A stretch of 64,000 nucleotides of DNA from Candidatus Woesebacteria bacterium (GTDB lineage Bacteria > Patescibacteriota > Microgenomatia > UBA1400 > PJMF01). Positions within the stretch are counted from its first letter, which is position 1. Every line of letters starts with the position of its first letter. Of this stretch, positions 25,032 to 35,000 are shown piece by piece. The stretch is taken from positions 156,535-220,534 of the forward strand of contig JAGNLY010000001.1 in the NCBI GenBank assembly GCA_017999345.1, written 5' to 3'. Below the pieces are notes generated by a model. It was not told the origin of the DNA and made no database searches. It saw only the letters and a list, made by a program, of their open reading frames with translations. Both the position numbers and the translations under genes were made by a program.

Positions 25032-26969
25032 ATGAAACCAGACGAACTAAGAAATTTATACCTAACTTCATTTAAAAATAACGGTCATGAAATTGTGCCG
25101 TCATCATCAATTGTGCCTGAAAATGATCCGACTACTCTATTTACAGGATCTGGCATGCAACCAATGATGGAGTATTTACTCGGGGCAAAGCATCCTAAAG
25201 GAACTAGAATTGTTGACAGTCAAAAATGTTTTAGATCTCAGGATATCGAGGAGGTTGGTGACAATCGTCACACTACATTTTTTGAAATGCTGGGCAACTG
25301 GTCTTTCGGGGATTATTTTAAAGAAGAGCAGTTAAAATGGTTTTTTGAGTTTCTGACTAAAGATGTAGGCCTTGATCCTAAAAAGCTTTTTATCACTGTT
25401 TTTAGAGGTAACGATAAGCTTGAGATAGGCAAAGATCTTGAATCTGTTGAAATTTGGAAGAAAATTTTCGCTACAGTAGGAATTGAAGCAAAAGACATTG
25501 ATAATTCTCAAGAAGTTGGTATGCAAGATGGCAGAATCTTTTATTATGATGAAACCAAAAACTGGTGGTCTAGAGCAGGTGTTCCTGACAATATGCCTGT
25601 TGGTGAGCCCGGTGGTCCAGACAGTGAGGTTTTCTTTGATTTTGGCTCCGACAGGAAAATTCATGAAAATTCTCAATATAAAGATCAAGTTTGTCATGTA
25701 AATTGTGATTGTGGTCGTTTTTTGGAGATTGGTAACAACGTGTTTATGCAGTTTCAAAAACAAGCAGATGGCAGTTTCAAGGAGTTAGCTCAGAAAAATG
25801 TTGATTTTGGTGGTGGTTTTGAAAGAATTTTGGCTGTTAAAAATAATATTGACGATGTTTTTCAAACTGCATTATTTGAGCCAATTATTGCATTTTTGGA
25901 GAAAATTTCAGGCAAAAAATATCTTGAAAGTGGCGCAGAAAAATCTGGCGCACCACAAGGCGGTACACGAGACGGCGGCGCACCAGAAAGCGGTGGAGAA
26001 GCAAAATCAGAATCGCAAAAAACCAAACAGTCTTTTAGAGTGATCGCCGATCACATGAGAGCAGCTGTAATGTTGGCAGTAGATGGAGTTTATCCTTCAA
26101 ACAAAGAGCAAGGCTATTTTGCTAGAAGATTAGTGCGAAGATCAATCAGATATGCAAAAATGATTGGTATCGATCAACTTTTTATAGCTGATTTGGTTCC
26201 GGTTATTGCCGAAATTTATAAAAATTCTTATCCAGATGTTTTCCAAAAATTGGAGCAGATAAAACAAGGCTTAGCACTTGAAGAAAAAAAGTTTGCTCAA
26301 ACGATTGAAAAAGGTTTGAAAGAATTAGAAAAGCATCAAAAACTTGATGGAGTTGTTGCCTTCAAATTATATGAAACTCATGGTTTTCCTTTTGAACTTA
26401 CTCAAGAAATAGCAAAAGAAAGAGGTCAAGTCTTAAGTTTCGAGGAATTTGAAATAGCCAAAAAATCACATGCTGATCAATCAAGAAGCGCTTCATCAGA
26501 TAAATTTAAAGGTGGTTTGCAAGATAGTAGCGAGCAAACAACCAAATACCACACAGCAACCCATCTGCTTCACGCCGCCTTGAGGAAAATATTAGGCACT
26601 CACGTCCAACAAAAAGGTTCAAATATTACAGTAGACCGATTGAGATTTGACTTTTCTCATCCAAATGCGCTCACTCAAGAGGAAAAAGTTCTGGTTGAAA
26701 ATCAGATAAATCAATGGATTGAAGCTGCTTTACCAGTGACTGTTGCTCACATGAAAAAAAGTGACGCTCTCAAATCTGGAGCAATTGCTTTTTTTGTGGA
26801 GAAATATCCAGATGAAGTTACGGTTTACACAGTCGGCTCTGATGACACTTGGATTTCTAAGGAATTTTGCGGAGGACCTCATGTCAAAAATACCTCAGAA
26901 ATTGGCAAAATTACAATTCAAAAGGAAAAAGCTGCTTCCGCCGGCGTAAGAAGAGTTTATTTAGTTTAA
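25032..26969 (+). CDS. alaS: Alanine--tRNA ligase (short form, no C-terminal DHHA1-like domain)
   Basis: Class II core (FTGSGMQP, FFEMLGNWSFGDYFK), the editing-domain motif HTATHLLHAALR and CGGPHV. The protein ends soon after at 645 aa. Confidence 0.92.
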   Translation: MKPDELRNLYLTSFKNNGHEIVPSSSIVPENDPTTLFTGSGMQPMMEYLLGAKHPKGTRIVDSQKCFRSQDIEEVGDNRHTTFFEMLGNWSFGDYFKEEQLKWFFEFLTKDVGLDPKKLFITVFRGNDKLEIGKDLESVEIWKKIFATVGIEAKDIDNSQEVGMQDGRIFYYDETKNWWSRAGVPDNMPVGEPGGPDSEVFFDFGSDRKIHENSQYKDQVCHVNCDCGRFLEIGNNVFMQFQKQADGSFKELAQKNVDFGGGFERILAVKNNIDDVFQTALFEPIIAFLEKISGKKYLESGAEKSGAPQGGTRDGGAPESGGEAKSESQKTKQSFRVIADHMRAAVMLAVDGVYPSNKEQGYFARRLVRRSIRYAKMIGIDQLFIADLVPVIAEIYKNSYPDVFQKLEQIKQGLALEEKKFAQTIEKGLKELEKHQKLDGVVAFKLYETHGFPFELTQEIAKERGQVLSFEEFEIAKKSHADQSRSASSDKFKGGLQDSSEQTTKYHTATHLLHAALRKILGTHVQQKGSNITVDRLRFDFSHPNALTQEEKVLVENQINQWIEAALPVTVAHMKKSDALKSGAIAFFVEKYPDEVTVYTVGSDDTWISKEFCGGPHVKNTSEIGKITIQKEKAASAGVRRVYLV

Positions 26970-27050
26970 TAATCTGCTCTTCTATTTTAGTCAATAATTT
27001 GCTTTAATTAAGTACAGTAAGCTCAATAAATTAATGAGCAAATTGTTTTA

Positions 27051-29429
27051 GTGGATAAATATATGGAATTGCCCAACCTATTTTCAACCAGTTCAGACAA
27101 AGAAAATAAAATAATGACTATTTTCATTGATCTAACAGACATTAAAATTCAGTCTTTTTTACTTTCTATTGCAAATGATGGTATTAAAACATTGTCAAAA
27201 TCAGAAGTAGCTTCCTATGAAGGTGCAGATAACTGTTTGGTTCGCGTAGATGAAAGTTTGCAACAACTTGGCAAAGAATCAGAAAATGTAAGCTCAGTTA
27301 TTTTTGGACTCAACAACTCTTGGGTTAGAAGTGGCGAAGTAATTGCAGAAAAAAAACCGTTGCTTAAAAGACTCACCGATGATCTTTCACTCAAGCCAAT
27401 GGGTTTCATTGTTATTTCAGAAGCAATTGTCCAACAAAAAATTTCTGCAGATTCAATTTTTTCAGGAATTATCTCGGTTTTTAGTAGTAAAGACCTTATT
27501 TTATCGCTTGTTCATCAAGGCAAAGTTAAATCAATTGAGATTGTTGGTAGGTCTAGTGACAGCAAAGGTGATTTCTTAGAGGGCTTGGCTCGTTTTGCTG
27601 ATAAATCCAAAAAAGACGATTTCTATTTACCATCAAAAATTATTTTAGCTTCTCTTGATTTAGATGCTCAAGAACTAAAAGAGCAACAACAATATATTTA
27701 CGATTATGATTGGAAAGCTCAAACACAATTTTTAAAACCACCGACTGTAACAGCTGTTACTCAAAAAGAATATGAAGAGATGATTACCAAAGAAGCAGCC
27801 AAAGCCGTAGCTCTTCAAAAAGGTATGACCGCAGCAGCCATGACAATTATGGCAAAAAATAATTCTTCAACTGATCTTAATAAGAAAGATCTTGGATTTA
27901 GTGAAGTTTCCACAGATGATGAGTCTACTACAGACTTTGACGATAATGATTTTAATAAAGAACCAGAAAATAATGACGATGATTTTGATGTTGACTCAAA
28001 AGATGAAGCCGAAAGCCCAACTTCGTTTGGCGTGCCAATCTCAAATAAAAATTTTGATAAAGAATTGATATCTTCAAGCGCAAATAACAATCTTAAAGAA
28101 CCTGATTTTGAAGATGACAGTGAGCTAGCAGTGGATTTTTCAAATAAAGATGCTGACAAAACAGATGATTTTGGTGAAGAAACCAAGCATATTTTTGACG
28201 ATAATAGGGGCCATCATTCTAGTGTTGTTAAACCACCTGAGAAAGTTAAGAAACACTATAAAAACTTTAGACTTTATTCAATAGTAGGCTTTGTGGCTGG
28301 ACTAGTTGCTTTGGCAATCATTGCTTTTTTTGGAATTTCTTATGCATCTACAATGGAAATTGTTTTAGAGCTTGATACAAAGCCAATTTCAAAAGATTTA
28401 GAAATTACTTTGGATAGTACTGTAACTGAAAGTGACAGTGAAAATTTGATATTAGCTGCCGACAAAACCACTAAAGAAATGCAATCTGAAAGCATGATGC
28501 AAACGACTGGCATAAAGATTGTTGGTGAAAAAGCTAAAGGCAAAGTTGTGATTTATAACAATATTGTATCTGGAGAAAAATTATTAGAAAAAGGTACGAT
28601 TTTAAGTGCTGGAGATATAAAGTTTGAGCTAGATGCCGATGTGACTGTTCCAGCTGCAAATGCTCCAAGTCCAGGAAAATTGAATCCAGGAGAAATTGAA
28701 GCAACTGTGACCGCAGCTCAAATTGGTGCAGATGCAAATATTGCAGAAAAAACTGAGCTAGCAGTTGTTCCTTATGACAAAAGTTCATACTACGCCTACT
28801 CACTTGATGAAGATTTTGTTGGTGGTGCAAGTAGAGAAGTAAAAGTAGTTTCTGAAGATGATCGATCAGAATTATTGGCAGATTTGAAAAAAGAACTAAC
28901 AGAGAAAATTAATCAAGAGTTTGCGAATGAGTCTGTTGGAGGAAAATATATTTTGCCTTCAAAAAATATCATTACAGAAGACGCAAGTTTTAATTTTGAA
29001 GTAGGTAATGAAGCTGAAGAGCTTACTTTAGATTTAGCAATCGAGATAGAAGCCCTTACTTACACTGCTGAAGACTTAAAACCATTAGCAACAAAAGTGC
29101 TTGCTTCTGAAATTCCTGAAAATTATAAGTTATCAGATGCAGATCCTCAAATTCTTTCTGCCCCAACTGATACAGATTTGAATAATTTGGAAGAAGTTAG
29201 TAAAACCGTGACTTTGTCAGCCAACATTAGTTCTTTAGCTATCCCAGTTTTGTCTGAGGAAGAAGTAAGAAATGAAATTGCGGGAAAATCTTTAGATGAG
29301 GCAAAACAAATTTTAATTGATAAATCAACAATTAAAGGTGTAGAAATAACTATCAATCCAAGCATTGCAAAATCATTTATCAAGAAATTACCTGGAAATG
29401 TAGAGAAGATAAAGGTAGAATTTAAATGA
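27051..29429 (+). CDS. Large membrane-anchored protein; C-terminal baseplate-J-like region (tentative)
   Basis: GTG start at 27051; ATG 27063 or 27114 are alternatives. The N-terminal ~270 aa are cytoplasmic, followed by a D/N/E-rich linker, one TM helix (LYSIVGFVAGLVALAIIAFFGI) and an extracytoplasmic region (GEKAKGKVVIYNN...GTILSAGDIKFELDADVTVPAA). From memory, that region is reminiscent of proteins annotated baseplate J/gp47-like in CPR genomes. Confidence 0.6.
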   Translation: MDKYMELPNLFSTSSDKENKIMTIFIDLTDIKIQSFLLSIANDGIKTLSKSEVASYEGADNCLVRVDESLQQLGKESENVSSVIFGLNNSWVRSGEVIAEKKPLLKRLTDDLSLKPMGFIVISEAIVQQKISADSIFSGIISVFSSKDLILSLVHQGKVKSIEIVGRSSDSKGDFLEGLARFADKSKKDDFYLPSKIILASLDLDAQELKEQQQYIYDYDWKAQTQFLKPPTVTAVTQKEYEEMITKEAAKAVALQKGMTAAAMTIMAKNNSSTDLNKKDLGFSEVSTDDESTTDFDDNDFNKEPENNDDDFDVDSKDEAESPTSFGVPISNKNFDKELISSSANNNLKEPDFEDDSELAVDFSNKDADKTDDFGEETKHIFDDNRGHHSSVVKPPEKVKKHYKNFRLYSIVGFVAGLVALAIIAFFGISYASTMEIVLELDTKPISKDLEITLDSTVTESDSENLILAADKTTKEMQSESMMQTTGIKIVGEKAKGKVVIYNNIVSGEKLLEKGTILSAGDIKFELDADVTVPAANAPSPGKLNPGEIEATVTAAQIGADANIAEKTELAVVPYDKSSYYAYSLDEDFVGGASREVKVVSEDDRSELLADLKKELTEKINQEFANESVGGKYILPSKNIITEDASFNFEVGNEAEELTLDLAIEIEALTYTAEDLKPLATKVLASEIPENYKLSDADPQILSAPTDTDLNNLEEVSKTVTLSANISSLAIPVLSEEEVRNEIAGKSLDEAKQILIDKSTIKGVEITINPSIAKSFIKKLPGNVEKIKVEFK

Positions 29430-30367
29430 AAAAACAACCAAGTGATGTTGTGATGCAGAGCGACATCATCGATTTATATAGAAAAGCACTCAAGCAAGGT
29501 GTAAAAATATCTCAAGTAGAAAAGAAAATTAATCACTACCTGAAGCGAATGAATGCTAGTGAAGAAATTGAAACTAAAGAAGATATTTTAAGATCTGATA
29601 ATCAAAAAAAAGTTATTCCTAAAATTGTTAGAGCTGGCGCATTTTTATTGCCAATTCTCTTTTTAATCATTGGTTTTTATTTAGTGGGCAGTGCTGTTTT
29701 GCCAATTATTGGCTCATACATCATTGTTGCTAAAGACGTTCAACTTACCAATTTAACCTCTCCAATTCCAAACGAACAAGTGATGGATGTTACTCCCTTA
29801 GTTATTACTCAAACTGAAGATTTTGAAAAATCTGAGCGTGAGCTTAGAATCATTAATGAAGAACTTGATTATACAAACCTTTCCAATTGGTTTACTTCTT
29901 CTGCATTACCTCAAATGGGATTACCGGAAGTTGATTACAATATTGAAAGCTACACCATAGATATTCCAGAAGTTGATATTAGCAATGCTGTTGTGGCTGT
30001 TGGTGGAACAGATTTAAATAGTAGCCTAATTGCATTTAAGGGAACTGCTTTGCCAGGAAATCCTGGGTCTCCAGTAATCTTTGGTCATTCAGTTTTGCGA
30101 CAATTTTATAATCCAAGTGAAAAGAATCCACGCAGATACAACTCGATTTTTAGCACAATTATGACTTTAGATATTGGTGACAAAATTTATGTTACGTCCG
30201 GAGGTGTTAAATATACTTATGCAGTTTCACTTAAAAAAGAGGTTAACCCAGAAGATGTTTATATCCTGACTCAAAAATATGATGCCAAACAATTGAAGTT
30301 AGTGACCTGCACACCTGAAGGTACTTATTTGCGTCGTGGAGTTGTAACTGCCCAACTGATAGAATAG
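29426..30367 (+). CDS. Sortase-family transpeptidase
   Basis: Contains a TM anchor, the catalytic His region VIFGHSV, the Cys motif LKLVTCTPEG (TLxTC-like) and a downstream Arg (LRRG). The start overlaps the upstream stop (ATGA). Confidence 0.8.
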   Translation: MKKQPSDVVMQSDIIDLYRKALKQGVKISQVEKKINHYLKRMNASEEIETKEDILRSDNQKKVIPKIVRAGAFLLPILFLIIGFYLVGSAVLPIIGSYIIVAKDVQLTNLTSPIPNEQVMDVTPLVITQTEDFEKSERELRIINEELDYTNLSNWFTSSALPQMGLPEVDYNIESYTIDIPEVDISNAVVAVGGTDLNSSLIAFKGTALPGNPGSPVIFGHSVLRQFYNPSEKNPRRYNSIFSTIMTLDIGDKIYVTSGGVKYTYAVSLKKEVNPEDVYILTQKYDAKQLKLVTCTPEGTYLRRGVVTAQLIE

Positions 30368-30450
30368 TATGATTTTTGAGACAAATAACTTAATAACTCT
30401 CGCAGGCATCAGCCGTGAATGTTCGTTATTTAAGTATTCATAAATAACTT

Positions 30451-30855
30451 ATGCATAACCCAGAAGAAAAAATATTAGCAATTGACTTCGGCACAGTCAG
30501 AATCGGTTTAGCAATATCTAGATATATTTTGGCTGAACCACTCGACATTATTCCTAATGACGATAAGATGTTCTCGAAAATTCAAACGATATGCTCTGAG
30601 AATGAAGTCAAAAAAATCATAATTGGAATGTCTGAGAATGAGATGGCTTTGAAAACAAAAGACTTTGCTTTCAAACTAGAAAATGAAATCAACAAGAGTT
30701 GGGATTACAAACCATCAATTGAGTTTATGGACGAAACCTTGAGTTCTTATTACGTGCATCAAAAGCTAAAAAATTCAAAAAAATCAAAACGAACAGCTGA
30801 CATCGATCATCTAGCCGCAGCTGAATTTTTACAAAATTGGCTTGATGAAAATTAG
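30451..30855 (+). CDS. ruvX: Holliday-junction resolvase-like YqgF/RuvX
   Basis: ILAIDFGTVRIGLAIS N-terminal motif; length 134 aa. Confidence 0.8.
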   Translation: MHNPEEKILAIDFGTVRIGLAISRYILAEPLDIIPNDDKMFSKIQTICSENEVKKIIIGMSENEMALKTKDFAFKLENEINKSWDYKPSIEFMDETLSSYYVHQKLKNSKKSKRTADIDHLAAAEFLQNWLDEN

Positions 30856-30881
30856 TAATTAATTTAAAGTGTTGGATATTT

Positions 30882-31871
30882 ATGAAAAAAATGAGCATAA
30901 AACTTAAAATATTTCTCGGATTGATTTTGATTATTTCAGTAACTTTTGGTTTATTGCTTTATTTTATTTCTAAGATGGCAAAGCCGGTGGATCCTAATAC
31001 AAAAGAAGTAATGAAGTTTGTGGTGCCAAAAGGACAAGCAGTTTCTGTTATTGCTGGCAGATTGCAAGAAGAAAATTTAATTCAAAATTCGTATATTTTT
31101 AGGTATGTGGCAAAAAAAGATGGTTTGGAGAGCAAAATCCAAGCAGGCTCGTTTGATCTGTCTAAAAATATGAGCACCAGTGAAATTGCCTTAAAATTGA
31201 CTTCAGGCACAGAAGACGTTTGGGTCACAATTTTAGAAGGTTGGCGAGCTGAAGAAATTGCAGAAAGTTTGAGTTCTCAAAACTTAGACAACTTTGATGC
31301 AACCGAATTTTTGGATTTGGCAAAATCCAGTGAAGGAATGTTATTTCCAGACACTTACCTAATTCCAAGAGAAATGTCTGCTGAGCAAATTTATAGCCTG
31401 CTGATTAATACTTTTGAATCAAAAGTGAATAAGGCTTTATCGGAAGAAATAGAATCATCGTCAAGAGAATTTGAGCAAATATTAATCATGGCTTCATTAG
31501 TTGAGAGAGAAGCAAAAACCTATGACCAGATGAGAAGAGTGGCAGGAATTTTATGGAATAGAATCGATAAGGGAATGGCTTTGCAGGTAGATGCGACTCT
31601 ACAATATGCAAATGGTTTTGATAAACAACAAAACAAGTGGTGGGCAGTCCCAAATGCAAGCGACAAGAAAATCCAGTCGCCTTTTAATACTTATTTGAAT
31701 TCTGGATTACCACCAAGGCCTATTTCAAACCCTGGACTAGATGCAATTAAATCTGCACTAGATCCTCTTGAGTCAGATGACCTTTACTATATTCATGCTA
31801 ATGATGGTAAGATGTATTATTCAGCTACACTAGATGGTCACAACGCCAATATAAACGCATACTTGCGCTAG
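30882..31871 (+). CDS. mltG: Endolytic murein transglycosylase MltG (YceG-like)
   Basis: N-terminal TM helix, the ASLVEREAK catalytic-Glu motif, and NTYLNSGLPPRPISNPG. Confidence 0.85.
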   Translation: MKKMSIKLKIFLGLILIISVTFGLLLYFISKMAKPVDPNTKEVMKFVVPKGQAVSVIAGRLQEENLIQNSYIFRYVAKKDGLESKIQAGSFDLSKNMSTSEIALKLTSGTEDVWVTILEGWRAEEIAESLSSQNLDNFDATEFLDLAKSSEGMLFPDTYLIPREMSAEQIYSLLINTFESKVNKALSEEIESSSREFEQILIMASLVEREAKTYDQMRRVAGILWNRIDKGMALQVDATLQYANGFDKQQNKWWAVPNASDKKIQSPFNTYLNSGLPPRPISNPGLDAIKSALDPLESDDLYYIHANDGKMYYSATLDGHNANINAYLR

Positions 31872-31891
31872 GCTTAAGTTGTTGTTATAAT
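31863..31891 (+). promoter_or_regulatory. rpoB promoter (TTGCGC-17-TG-n-TATAAT, extended -10)
   Basis: Read directly: TTGCGC at 31863-68, TG at 31883-84, TATAAT at 31886-91. Confidence 0.55.
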
Positions 31892-31980
31892 ACACAGTTC
31901 AGTGTACTAAATAATAGTGGGGCTAAATTTCTTGAGTACCGTAACGTACGTCACTTCAAGTGCAATACTCTAAAACATAA

Positions 31981-32013
31981 GGGGAGCAACTTTAACCAGT
32001 CTCTCCATTTTTT
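31981..32013 (+). terminator. Terminator/attenuator-like hairpin in the rpoB leader
   Basis: GGGGAG-14 nt-CTCTCC (one G.U pair) is followed by ATTTTTTAGTTT. It is enclosed by a long-range pairing of GGGGCTA (31919-25) with TAGCCCC (32031-37). Confidence 0.35.
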
Positions 32014-32075
32014 AGTTTATCGCCGATTTGTAGCCCCCAACTAGATGAAACAAACAATAATAGCAAGGGAGCTTC

Positions 32076-35000
32076 ATGTCACAAAACAAGCGTCAAAACT
32101 GGGGTCAGTCACACTCAATTTTACCAGAATTAGATTTGATCAAACTTCAAATCGACAGTTATAAAATATTTTTAGAAACTGGAATTAGAAAATCCCTTAA
32201 TGAGGTCAACTCAGACAAAGGTATTGACGATTACACTGGCAAAAATTGGTCCCTAAAATTTGGTGAATACAGATTTGGCAAAGCTAAATACAACGTTACC
32301 CAAGCAAAAAACAAAGGTGTTACTTATGACATGCCCCTTTATGTCGAAGCAACTCTTTTAAACAAGAGAACTGGTGAAGAAAAAACTCAAGAAGTCTTTT
32401 TAGGCGATATTCCAAAAATGACAAAAATTGGTACCTTTATTATTAATGGTATCGAGCGTGCTGTTGTTACTCAACTTGTTAGATCCCCAGGTGTTTTCTT
32501 TGGCGGAGCTCTTGAAAGAACTCAAGGAAGACAACTTTTTAATGCTGAACTAAGACCAAAAAGAGGTTCTTGGATTGAAATTTCAGTTGGAAAAAGAGAC
32601 GTTATTACCGTCAAAATTGACAGAAGAAGAAAAATGCCAGTCACCGTGCTGCTTAGAGCATTGGGATATGGTTCTGATGAAGAAATTTTAGATTTATTAA
32701 AATCAGAGAACTCAATGGATGAACTTAATTTGCTTCAAAATACCATTGATAAAGATGCAACTAAAACTCAAGAAGAAGCATTAATTGAAATTTACGAAAA
32801 AATGAGACCTGGAGAGCCAGCAGTTCTCGAAACATCAAGAGAATACTTCAAACAATTATTCTTTGATGCAAGAAGATATGATTTAGCAAGAGTTGGTAGA
32901 TACAAACTTAACAGAAGACTAAAGCTTAGTGTTGATACAGAAACAACAGTTTTAACTTCAGAAGATATCGTTGCCACTGTTAAATACTTGATTAGACTCC
33001 AAAATGGAGAAGGTAAAGTTGATGATATTGACCATCTTAGTAATAGAAGAGTTCGCCAAATTGGTGAATTAGTCAAGGAATCAGCTTTCAGAATTGGTTT
33101 AATCAGATTAGAAAAATCAATCAGAGAAAAAATGTCACTTACCAAGACTGAAGAAGTTTTAACTCCTGCAGCTTTAGTTAATGCTCGCCCACTGATTGCA
33201 ACAATCTCAGAATTTTTTAGAAGAAATAGATTGTCAACAATTTTGGATCAAACCAATCCATTATCAGAAATTGATAATTTAAGACGTTTGTCAGTTATGG
33301 GAACCGGTGGAGTTACCAGAGAGCGTGCTTCATTCTCCATGCGTGATATTAATGCGTCCCAATATTCTCGTATCGATCCGGTTAGATCACCAGAAGGTCC
33401 AAACATTGGTTTGGTGACTTACCTTTCACTTTATGCAAAAGTTAATGACTTTGGTTTCTTGGAAGCACCTTACAGAAAACTTAAAAATGTTAACGGCAAG
33501 ATGCAAGTTCAAAACGAAATTGTTTACTTGTCTGCAGACGAAGAAGAAGATTATAGAATTACTCACGCAAGTCTAGATATTGATGAAAAAGGTTTCATAA
33601 AAGACGAGTGGGTGGCTATGAGATATATGAATAGCTTCTCTGAAGGTTCTGTTGAAGAAGCAGAATATATTGACGTTATTCCAAATCAAGTTATTGGTAC
33701 CTCTGCATCATTAATTCCATTTATTGCTAATGACGAAGCAAACCGTGCCTTGATGGGTACTCATATGCAATGTCAAGCTGTTCCTTTGGTCAAACCACAG
33801 GCTCCAATCGTTGGAACTGGTATGGAAGCAGCTGTTGCCTCTGCAATGGGAAGAACCGTTAAAGCTATAAACAGTGGTGAAGTCACTTATGTTGATGCAA
33901 ACAGAATTGAAATTACCCTTTCAAAAGCAGATTCAAAAAAGGCTTCAGAATTGTCTGAAAACTTTGACGAGTTGTACAAGCATGAAGATGGAAAAGATAT
34001 TTACGTTATCACTAAATTTATTAGAACATCTCAAAGTACTTGTTACTCACAAAATCCAATCGTTAGTATTGGTGACAAAATCAATGTAGGAGACGTCATT
34101 ATTGACGGACCTGCTGCTGATGGTGGTGAGTTAGCACTTGGTAGTAACTTAGTTATTGCTTATGCTTCTTTTGAAGGATTGGGATATGAAGACGCTATCG
34201 TTATCTCTGACAGATTAGTTAGAGAAGATACCCTTACTTCTGTTCAAATCAATGAATACAAAGCAAAAATAATGGACACAAAGTTAGGTCCTGAAGAGCT
34301 AACCAACGATATTCCAAATGTTTCTGAAGTTTATTTGAGTAATCTAACTTTGGACGGAATTATTCGTGTTGGAAGTATCGTTAGTTCTGGCGACATCTTA
34401 GTTGGAAAAATTGCTCCAAAAGGTGAAACTGAGCTTTCTCCAGAAGAAAGATTACTTAGAGCTATTTTCGGTGAAAAATCTAGAGAAGTTAGAGATACCT
34501 CACTTAGATTGCCACATGGCCAATCAGGTACAGTTATCGAAGTTGCTGTTTTAGACAGTGACTTGGGTGATGAACTTGATCCAGGAACTCTAAAAGAAGT
34601 CGTTGTTAAAGTTGCACAAATCAGAAAAATAACTGTTGGAGACAAATTAGCTGGTAGACATGGAAACAAGGGTGTTATCTCAAAGATAGTTCCAGTTGCT
34701 GACATGCCACACACAGAAGATGGTACTCCAGTAGATATTATTATTTCTCCTTTGTCTGTTTTAGCTCGTATGAACTTAGGCCAATTGCTTGAAGCTCATG
34801 CAGGTTGGGCAGCACAGAAATTGGGTTACAAAATTGCTATTCCAGCTTTCGAAAGCTTCGACGAAAAGAAGATTTGGGAAGAACTTGGAAGAGCTGGTTT
34901 GCCAGTTTCAGGAAAAGCACAATTAATTGATGGTAGAACTGGTGAGCCATTCAGTGAAACCACAACTGTTGGTATTGGATACATCTTAAAACTATCACAC

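Noticed and set aside
25332-25763. 143-aa minus-strand ORF
   Set aside because: It is antisense to the conserved catalytic core of alaS.
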